A stretch of 42,791 bases of DNA from Nemertoderma westbladi (taxonomy: Eukaryota > Animalia > Xenacoelomorpha): positions 1-42,791 of the forward strand of contig JAUCBJ010005336.1 of NCBI GenBank assembly GCA_032718475.1. Reading direction: 5' to 3'. The position numbers and the translations under genes were made by a program. Of the stretch, positions 26,396-36,000 are shown in pieces. The notes under the pieces are model-generated. The model was not told the origin of the DNA. It did no database searches and worked only from the letters and a program-made list of their open reading frames with translations. Position 1 is the first letter of the stretch. Each line of letters starts with the position of its first letter.

Positions 26396-27231
26396 GGCGA
26401 CTATTATACAGGAGGACTGTACTGTTTATATCGAAAGAGAGTGGAACTTTACTAATATCGTAGAAGCTGTTTATAAGGGTGTAGGGAAAGGAATAATTAT
26501 TAGGAATGGTAACTTATGCTGTTATAACATTCCGTACCTCAGTGAGTCAGTCAGTACCTTGGTACCTACTATCCTTCCAACTATAACCAGTTGGCAGATC
26601 GGAAGAGTACATTTAGAAACGGTAACTTACAGCACCGGTTCGTGCCTCATCGTTTCCAATTTTTTTTATTTCTGGACATAAATCCCATTTGTATTACTAT
26701 TTCAACATCTTAAGTAGACCCACTTGAGTTTTAATTTATTCCGGAATAATTAGAACAACTAATAATTTCATGGGAGTAAATTATACAGGTTTCAATCCCG
26801 CACTCATGTAGCTAATGTTTTTTAAACAATCAAGGATTCCGTTATTTCTAGATTATGTTAGAAATTACAAAAACGTATTGAAATGTAATCTATTAAAAAA
26901 AAAAAAAATACATATAAATAAAATATTTAGTAATCTCAGACATGTATTGCCAATAAACAGTGGTATGTGTCCGCCGGCGCACTAGTAATACGGTAGTGGA
27001 AATTCAGAACGCATACATTCATTCATGCATACATCATTTTCATGGTCGTATTTTTGTTTGGTTCAAATTTTGCACCACATAAGTTTAAGTTACATCCACA
27101 CTACAATCCTAAATCGACACAATGAATTGAATGTAAAGTGTACGCAGTAAAATAATAATACACTTTTAGTGATAATAATGTCATCAAATACACAAAAGCT
27201 GATTGTATATCTTTAATTGAGTCCAATAATG

Positions 27232-29061
27232 TTAAAATAGTTGTCGCCAACATTTTGGGCAATACGGATGTCCTTTCTCCTGTCTATAGGTGTCTATAGA
27301 AAGTTGACGTCGGCAAAAGGTGCAAACAAAGTGTTCCGGGTGGTACTTCCTATTCATGACACTCTGACAGTGCCCCGTTATACGTTTCTTGCATTGGAAA
27401 CATTGGCAGCCGGCCTTTATGTAGTAGTGCACCTCACAATACGGTTCCCCTTGGTAAACGTAAAAGATTCCGTCTTTGAACGGATGCAAACAGGCGTTGC
27501 ACACGAAACATTCCAAGTGTCTGCCCCCTAATGCTGATGTAAAGTTACCCGTGATAGGCTTGTGGCAACCGGTGCATTTGGGTACAAAGAGTTTGTGGTA
27601 ATCGAGTTGACAATAAGCTCGTCCGTCCACTTCGTAATACCGCTCCTCACCAAAAGGAGTGTGGCAAGTCGCGCAGACGAAGTGATCGGGGTGGAATGTT
27701 TTACCTCCTAGGGCCTTTATACATCCGTGTCTGATTGGCTCGTTGCAGGCGACGCAACGCGGGGAGAAGTGGTTGTGGAAGTCGTCCTCGCAATACAGGC
27801 AACCCTTCCTCTCAAAGAAAGTTTCCGGCCCTAGAACCTTCTTGCAGTAGATGTAGACAAAGTGCTCAGGGTGCCATGTTTTACCCAAGGCGGTTATCAC
27901 CTTCCCATATATAGGCTTTCCGCAATCTCCGCAATCACCTCTTGGTTTATCATCTTCTATTTTTACATTTGCCAGATAATCTTCGCTATAAATTGGCGTT
28001 TTCGGTGCCGTCATACGGTCTAGGCTTCCTGTTGGTTTTATAGTCGGGTTGTATTTAAACACCTCGTAGATATTACCCAGATCAATCATATCGCTTCTGC
28101 GGGGTAACTTACGATATTCCGATTGTATAGTTTGAATTCTCGGTGGTTCGAAATTTCGTGATTCCATATGTTTATTTGCTGTTTCAACAAGAGGTTGATA
28201 GTGTTTTTCTTGGGTTGGCATCCCGTAGTACACAGATCGAATAACCGGCATTTTGATCAGGTGATCAGTATTGTAAGTTTGATTCTCTTTTATCTCTGGA
28301 GGCGGAACTGCCATTGGTTCGGGATACATACGGGAAGGAGGCGGTTTAGCCAAACCGCTTTGCCATCCCGGATTGGGGATATTATCTTTCGCGATTCTAG
28401 ATTTTAACTGATTAACACTTTCTATCAATCTATCGACATCATCTGCTATGGGGAGGTTGTTATAAGTACTCGAGATTTGAAAGCTCGATGTTTCTTGAGG
28501 TATTTCATTGCTTTGGTTGGTTGGTTGTTCATGTGCATATGGGTTGTAATACGGATATATAAGTGACTTTTGTCCTTGTTGAGGGTTCCAAATGATGCTC
28601 GATTCTGCGACGCGATTGGTTTCCAATGGCAACGGTTGCGGGTACGCTTTTAGCGGTGCGTGAGCTTTGACTACTGGCGTAGTTTGCGCGATGGCTGGGG
28701 CCAACTGTTCGTAGACTGGGACACTCTCCTGGTAATGGTAAGGCTGGGGTGCAGTGGGCCACTGATAACGAAACGTTTCGTTCGGTTTACATTGGGCCTG
28801 TTTGATGTCGCCCAACAACGAACGTACAGTGGTATCCGATAGGTTGTATCCCGGAGGTGTTTCAATCTGGGCTAACAATTTGTCCGAGTTTTGAGTGGAT
28901 TTCCATCCATATTTATTAACGCCTTCCAAATTTGACGATTTTCTCACCGCTGCTGATGTTTTCTCCTCTGATGACTTTTTGCTTTTGAATGAAGTTTTTG
29001 ACAGTTTCGCTATGAAATCATCGAGTTTTTGTATTCCGCTTTCCAACTGTGTTGTTGACAT
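27232..29061 (-). CDS. PXN: Intronless paxillin/leupaxin-family adaptor (609 aa, LD-like motifs plus four C-terminal LIM domains)
   Basis: Four tandem LIM domains with paxillin-type signatures (CGKPIYGKVITALGKTWHPEHF; FFERKGCLYCEDDFHNHFSPRC; KYHPEHFVCTFCRRQL; PYCPKCWRQLF). N-terminal LD-like motifs LDDFIAKL, SDKLLAQI, VRSLLGDI, VDRLIESV. Kozak context GGCACCATG. The family is secure; exact orthology is not. Confidence 0.92.
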   Translation of the reverse strand: MSTTQLESGIQKLDDFIAKLSKTSFKSKKSSEEKTSAAVRKSSNLEGVNKYGWKSTQNSDKLLAQIETPPGYNLSDTTVRSLLGDIKQAQCKPNETFRYQWPTAPQPYHYQESVPVYEQLAPAIAQTTPVVKAHAPLKAYPQPLPLETNRVAESSIIWNPQQGQKSLIYPYYNPYAHEQPTNQSNEIPQETSSFQISSTYNNLPIADDVDRLIESVNQLKSRIAKDNIPNPGWQSGLAKPPPSRMYPEPMAVPPPEIKENQTYNTDHLIKMPVIRSVYYGMPTQEKHYQPLVETANKHMESRNFEPPRIQTIQSEYRKLPRRSDMIDLGNIYEVFKYNPTIKPTGSLDRMTAPKTPIYSEDYLANVKIEDDKPRGDCGDCGKPIYGKVITALGKTWHPEHFVYIYCKKVLGPETFFERKGCLYCEDDFHNHFSPRCVACNEPIRHGCIKALGGKTFHPDHFVCATCHTPFGEERYYEVDGRAYCQLDYHKLFVPKCTGCHKPITGNFTSALGGRHLECFVCNACLHPFKDGIFYVYQGEPYCEVHYYIKAGCQCFQCKKRITGHCQSVMNRKYHPEHFVCTFCRRQLSIDTYRQEKGHPYCPKCWRQLF

Positions 29062-29117
29062 GGTGCCACAAGTAAGATATGAATAACAATAACACAGTTA
29101 AAATCTATTAGAATTTC

Positions 29118-29125
29118 CTTTTATA
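29118..29125 (-). promoter_or_regulatory. TATA box of the paxillin-like gene
   Basis: TATAAAAG (fits TATAWAWR) on the minus strand, 57-64 bp upstream of the ATG. The region is AT-rich, so a chance match is possible. Confidence 0.55.
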
Positions 29126-29828
29126 ATTTGGTTAATAAGAAGTTCGAGTTATGTTTACCCTATGGTTGTTATAAGATGTATCATTTCCTAAAGTTCAATA
29201 TCATAATGATTTTCTAGAGTTAAATTTATTATTGATAAATCTAAATGAATTGTTCAATTGATTTCGCTGTTATTACAATGTTTGGCATCCTGTATCTCTT
29301 GGCAACGCTTTCATTACCTGGCATTATCCTATTCATATTGAATTTATTTAAAGCTTTTTATTACAATAGAGAGATTGAAGTGCCGTGCTGCCTATGTTTG
29401 TGATACACGAATGTATCCAACAGTCTTTGAAACGTTTGGTCTATTATGATTTCTTATGTACTGCTCTAACAATGCTACCATAATGTTGGCTTTGAAATAG
29501 ATCAGTTCAGATTACATATAGCTACAGATTTCCACAAACAATGAAAATAATAGGCCTATTCAGTATTTAACATCGATTCATTAAATTATCTAAGGAAAAT
29601 GTATTAATATCTAAAAGCGTTTTAAAATTATTGTTGATATAAATTCTACGATTAAACTCTACAAACAAATTGTTAATACAATTTAATGTAACGAGTGCAG
29701 TATATTCATGAAGTAGCGAGAGATTATCGCACTTTATGTTACATTAAGTGACATTTGTTACAAATAAATAAAATCATAGATTAAAGTATTATTTCACCGT
29801 CTCGGTAATGAATATCTTTTACATTGAA

Positions 29829-30065
29829 TTAACTAACCGTATATTCGTTATCGGCTTGCAGCATCGATATCGTCCTCTTCCTCGTATTGCAGTAAACAAA
29901 TACAAACAGTGAAACGTGAAATATAAATTGTACGACTAGAAACAATGATAAGGCTGCGAAATCGGCTAAGGATGTTTTCTTTTGTGTTGTGTTGAAAACA
30001 CCAAGAAATGCGTAACTGGCCTCCATAATGGCCATAAACACCAAATCCCAAATAATCAGAACGTC
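29829..30065 (-). CDS. pLGIC-like gene, last exon (M3-M4, stop)
   Basis: Acceptor TTCCACCCATAG, then DVLIIWDLVFMAIMEASYAFLGVF...FAALSLFLVVQFIFHVSLFVFVY...EYTVS*. Confidence 0.88.
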   Translation of the reverse strand, partial: DVLIIWDLVFMAIMEASYAFLGVFNTTQKKTSLADFAALSLFLVVQFIFHVSLFVFVYCNTRKRTISMLQADNEYTVS

Positions 30066-33000
30066 CTATGGGTGGAATATAGTAATGTGATTAATAGATA
30101 ACACTGGGGGAAATTAACATATTATACTAACCATAAGTTAAGTTATATATGATATTGGGGGGGGGGGGGGGGGGGGGGGGGTTTGGGGTTTAACTTATAT
30201 CAAGCAAGCAAACAGTCGGCCGAGGCCGGAGGCGACCCGAAGGCTCCTCTTTCGATAGCTGTTACCCGAAGGTAGGAGTGGGCGCTATTCCTATCTGCTA
30301 CCCGAAGGTAGGGGTGGGCGCTACTCCTATCTGCTACCCGAAGGTAGGAGTGGGCGCTACTCCTATCTGCTACACGAAGGTAGGGGTGGGCGCTACTCCT
30401 ATCTGCTACACGAAGGTAGGGGTGGGCGCTACTTCTATCTACTACCCGAAGGTAGGGGTGGGCGCTACTCCTAGCTGCTACACGAGGTTAGGGGTTGGCG
30501 CTACTCCTATATGCTACCCGAGGGTAGGGGTGGGCGCTACTCCTAGCTGCTACACGAGGTTAGGGGTTGGCGCTACTCCTATCTGCTACCCGAGGGTAGG
30601 GGTGGGCGCTACTCCAAGCTGCTACACGAGGTTAGGAGTGGGCGCTACTCCTATCTGCTACCCGAAGGTAGAAGTGGGCGCTACTCCTATCTGCTACCCG
30701 AAGGTAGGGGTGGGCGCTACTCCTATCTGCTACCCGAAGGTAGGGGTGGGCGGTACTCCTATCTGCTACCCGAAGGTTGGGTTGGGCGCTATTCCTATCT
30801 GCTACCCGAAGGTAGGAGTAGGCGCTACTCCTATCTGCTACACGAAGGTAGGGGTGGCCGCTACTCCGATTTGCTACCCGAAGGTAGGGGTGGGCGCTAC
30901 TCCTATCTGCTACCCGAAGGTAGGGGTGGGCGCTACTTCTATCTACTACCCGAAGGTAGAGGTGGCCGCTACTCCTAGCTGCTACACGAGGTTAGGGGTT
31001 GGCGCTACTCCTATCTGCTACCCGAAGGTAGGGGTGGGCGCTATTCCTATCTGCTACCCGAAGGTTGGGGTGGGCGCTATTCCTATCTGCTACCCGAAGG
31101 TAGGAGTGGGCGCTACTCCTATCTGCTACCCAAAGGTAGGGGTGGGCGCTATTCCTATCTGGTACCCGAAGGTTGGAGTGGGCGCTACTACTATCTGCTA
31201 CCCGAGGGTAGGGGTGGGCGCTACTCCTATCTGCTACCCGAAGGTTGGGGTGGGCGCTATTCCTATCTGCTACCCGAAGGTTGGGGTGGGCGCTATTCCT
31301 ATCTGCTACCCGAAGGTAGGAGTGGGCGCTACTCCTATCTGCTACCCAAAGGTAGGGGTGGGCGCTACTACTATCTGCTACCCGAGTGTAGGGGTGGGCG
31401 CTACTCCTATCTGCTACCCGAAGGTTGGGGTGGGCGCTATTCCTATCTGCTACCCGAAGGTAGGAGTGGGCGCTACTCATATCTGCTACCCGAAGGTAGG
31501 GGTTGGCGCTACTCCTATCTGCTACCCGATGGTAGGGGTGGGCGCTACTCCTATCTGCTACCCGAGGGTAGGAGTGGGCGCTACTCCTATCTGCTACCCG
31601 AAGGTAGGAGTGGGCGCTACTCCTATCTGCTACCCGAAGGTAGGGGTGGGCGCTACTCCTATCTGCTACCCGGAGGTAGGGGTGGGCGCTACTCCTTTCT
31701 GCTACCCGAAGGTAGGGGTGGGCGCTAATCCTATCTGCTACCCGGAGGTAGGGGTGGGCGCTACTCCTATCTGCTACCCGAAGGTAGGGGTAGGCGCTAC
31801 TCTTATCTGCTACCCGAAGGTAGGAGTGGGCGCTACTCCTTTCTGCTACCCGAAGGTAGGGGTGGGCGCTACTCCTATCTGCTACCCGGAGGTAGGGGTA
31901 GGCGCTACTCCTATCTGCTACCCGAAGGTAGGGGTGGGCGCTTCTCCTATCTGCTACCCGAGGGTAGGTGTGAGCGCTACTCCTATCTGCTACCCGAAGG
32001 TAGGGGTGGGCGCTACTCCTATCTGCTACCCAAAGGTAGGGGTGGGCGCTACTCCTATCTGCTACCCGATAGTAGGAGTGGGCGCTACTCCTTTCTGCTA
32101 CCCGAAGGTAGGGGTGGGCGCTACTCCTATCTGCTACCCAAAGGTAGGGGTGGGCGCTACTCCTATCTGCTACCCGATAGTAGGAGTGGGCGCTACTCCT
32201 TTCTGCTACCCGAAGGTAGGGGTGGGCGCTACTCCTACCTGCTACCCGAAGGTAGGGGTGGGCGCTTCTCCTATCTGCTACCCGAGGGTAGGTGTGAGCG
32301 CTACTCCTATCTGCTACCCGAAGGTAGGGGTGGGCGCTACTCCTATCTGCTACCCAAAGGTAGGGGTGGGCGCTACTCCTATCTGCTACCCGATAGTAGG
32401 AGTGGGCGCTACTCCTTTCTGCTACCCGAAGGTAGGGGTGGGCGCTACTCCTACCTGCTACCCGAAGGTAGGGGTGGGCGCTTCTCCTATCTGCTACCCG
32501 AGGGTAGGTGTGAGCGCTACTCCTATCTGCTACCCGAAGGTAGGGGTGGGCGCTACTCCTATCTGCTACCCAAAGGTAGGGGTGGGCGCTACTCCTATCT
32601 GCTACCCGATAGTAGGAGTGGGCGCTACTCCTTTCTGCTACCCGAAGGTAGGGGTGGGCGCTACTCCTACCTGCTACCCGAAGGTAGGGGTGGGCGCTTC
32701 TCCTATCTGCTACCCGAGGGTAGGTGTGAGCGCTACTCCTATCTGCTACCCGAAGGTAGGAGTGGGCGCTACTCCTTTCTGCTACCCGAAGGTAGGGGTG
32801 GGCGCTACTCCTACCTGCTACCCGAAGGTAGGGGTGGGCGCTTCTCCTATCTGCTACCCGGGGGTAGGTGTGAGCGCTACTCCTATCTGCTACCCGAAGG
32901 TAGGAGTGGGCGCTACTCATATCTGCTACCCAAAGGTAGGGGTGGGCGCTACTCCTATCTGCTACCCGAAGGTAGAGGTGGGCGCAACTCCTATCTGCTA

Positions 33001-36000
33001 CCCGAAGGTAGGAGTGGGCGCTACTCCTATCTGCTACCCGATAGTAGGGGTGGGCGCTTCTCCTATCTGCTACCCGAGGGTAGGTGTGAGCGCTACTCCT
33101 ATCTGCTACCCGAAGGTAGGAGTGGGCGCTACTCCTTTCTGCTACCCGAAGGTAGGGGTGGGCGCTACTCCTACCTGCTACCCGAAGGTAGGGGTGGGCG
33201 CTACTCCTATCTGCTACCCGAAGGTAGAGGTGGGCGCTACTCCTATCTGCTACCCGAAGGTAGGAGTGGGCGCTACTCCTATCTGCTACCCGATAGTAGG
33301 GGTGGGCGCTTCTCCTATCTGCTACCCGAGGGTAGGTGTGAGCGCTACTCCTATCTGCTACCCGAAGGTAGGAGTGGGCGCTACTCATATCTGCTACCCA
33401 AAGGTAGGGGTGAGCGCTACTCCTATCTGCTACCCGAAGGTAGAGGTGGGCGCTACTCCTATCTGCTACCCGAAGGTAGGAGTGGGCGCTACTCCTATCT
33501 GCTACCCGATAGTAGGGGTGGGCGCTACTCCTATCTGCTACCCAGAGGTATGGGTGGGCGCTACTCCTATCTGCTACCCGAAGGTAGAGGTGGGCGCTAC
33601 ACCTATCTGCTACCCGAAGGTAGGGGTGGGCGCTACTCCTATCTGCTACGCCATAGTAGGGGTGGGCGCTACTCCTATCTGCTACCCGAAGGTAGAGGTG
33701 GGCGCTACTCCTATCTGCTACCCGAAGGTAGGGGTGGGCGCTACTCCTATCTGTTACCCGAAGGTAGGGGTGGGCGCTACTCCTATCTGCTACCCGAAGG
33801 TAGAGGTGGGCGCTACTCCTATCTGCTACCCGAAGGTAGGGGTGGGCGCTACTCCTATCTGTTACCCGAAGGTAGGGGTGGGCGCTACTCCTATCTGTTA
33901 CCCGAAGGTAGGGGTGGGCGCTACTCCTATCTGCCACCCGGAGGTAGGGGTGGGCGCTACTCCTATCCCAAGTTTTACTCCCAGTAATTTAACAGGTGCT
34001 GGTGCTGATAATTATGGACCCCAGAGGATGAAAGGCTGAGTGGACCCTATGGCGGGGCTGAACCTACCCAACAACCAATAAATAGATTGTCTAAGCCCGG
34101 CGCTCAGTCAACTGAAATACCCAGCCTTTTATACTCACCATATAAGTTAGATATGAAACTGGAGGGAGTTTTACCGAAACCGCTTTCTTGAAGTATTTGC
34201 AGGTGAGGAGCAGTGTTAAGGCGTTAGCGAGGCGATACTGTACTTTGTATCCCGGTATAGCGAAACAACAAAGCGATACGCCCAATAGCATAATCTATGA
34301 AGAAGTGAAAAAAGTAAGTTTATGCGGCCGTTATTCCCAATACAGCTTTCGAAACAAACAAAAAACTCCCCTACCCGTAGCGGGGCTCGAACCCAATACC
34401 TCTAGAGCCAGGTGATGGCCATCAATATAATCAACAAACACATACTCTAATTACTTCTTTACTTTTACGGAAATGATTTAGCTGATTTACTATCTCCACT
34501 TTATCGAATTCACCATTACGCTAACGATATCGAGCGCGTACTATCTCCACTTTATCGAATTCACCATTACGCTAACGATATTGAGCGCGTACTAGCTCCA
34601 CTTTATCGAACTCACCATTACGCTAACGATATTGAGCGCGTACTAGCACCACTTTATCGAACTCACCATTACGCTAACGATATTGAGCGCGTACTAGCTC
34701 CACTTTATCAAACTCACCATTACGCTAACGATATTGAGCGCGTACTAGCTCCACTTTATCGAACTCACCATTACGCTAACGATATTGAGCGCGTACTAGC
34801 TCCACTTTATCGAACTCACCATTACGCTAACGATATTGAGCGGGTACTAGCTCCACTTTATCGAACTCACCATTACGCTAACGATATTGAGCGCGTACTA
34901 GCTCCACTTTATCGAACTCACCATTACGCTAACGATATTGAGCGCGTACTAGCTCCACTTTATCGAACTCACCATTACGCTAACGATATTGAGCGCGTAC
35001 TAGCTCCACTTTATCGAACCCACCATTAGGCTAACGATATTGAGCGCGTACTAGCTCCACTTTATCGAACCCACCATTAGGCTAACGATATTGAGCGCGT
35101 ACTAGCTCCACTTTATCGAACTCACCATTACGCTAACGATATTGAGCGCGTACTAGCTCCACTTTATCGAACTCACCATTACGCTAACGATATTGAGCGC
35201 GTACTAGCTCCACTTTATCGAACTCACCATTACGCTAACGATATTGAGCGCGTACTAGCTCCACTTTATCGAACTCACCATTACGCTAACGATATTGAGC
35301 GCGTACTAGCTCCACTTTATCGAATTCACCATTACGCTAACGATATTGAGCGCGTACTAGCTCCACTTTATCGAACTCACCATTACGCTAACGATATTGA
35401 GCGCGTACTAGCTCCACTTTATCGAACTCACCATTACGCTAACGATATTGAGCGCGTACTAGCTCCACTTTATCGAACTCACCATTACGCTAACGATATT
35501 GAGCGCGTACTAGCTCCACTTTATCGAACTCACCATTACGCTAACGATATTGAGCGCGTACTAGCTCCACTTTATCGAACTCACCATTACGCTAACGATA
35601 TTGAGCGCGTACTAGCTCCACTTTATCGAACTCACCATTACGCTAACGATATTGAGCGCGTACTAGCTCCACTTTATCGAACTCACCATTACGCTAACGA
35701 TATTGAGCGCGTACTAGCTCCACTTTATCGAACTCACCATTACGCTAACGATATTGAGCGCGTACTAGCTCCACTTTATCGAACTCACCATTACGCTAAC
35801 GATATTGAGCGGGTACTAGCTCCACTTTATCAAACTCACCATTACGCTAACGATATTGAGCGCGTACTAGCTCCACTTTATCGAACTCACCATTACGCTA
35901 ACGATATTGAGCGGGTACTAGCTCCACTTTATCGAACTCACCATTACGCTAACGATATTGAGCGCGTACTAGCTCCACTTTATCAAACTCACCATTACGC

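Noticed and set aside
26895-26908. Retrogene poly(A) tail
   Set aside because: The A run is on the plus strand, the wrong orientation for a minus-strand retrocopy.
27241-29086. Small ORFs overlapping the paxillin-like CDS
   Set aside because: Antisense or alternative-frame shadows of the real gene; the same applies to 34188-34415, 38761-38982, 38830-39021 and 40494-40688 over the channel exons.
30278-34039. 1253-aa ORF of GATPICYPKVGV repeats, plus the overlapping 981-aa and 145-aa ORFs
   Set aside because: A 36-bp unit with stop-free frames gives long ORFs automatically. The start is a GTG within the repeat, ORFs occur in several frames and both strands, and the array lies inside a SINE within an intron.
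1-34126. Giant Foldback-type transposon with the two 36-bp arrays as TIRs
   Set aside because: Array B is inside an intron of an intact gene with exons on both sides, each array is explained by a SINE, and no transposase is present.
34045-34420. Functional tRNA genes
   Set aside because: Only degenerate A/B boxes; no full cloverleaf can be drawn.
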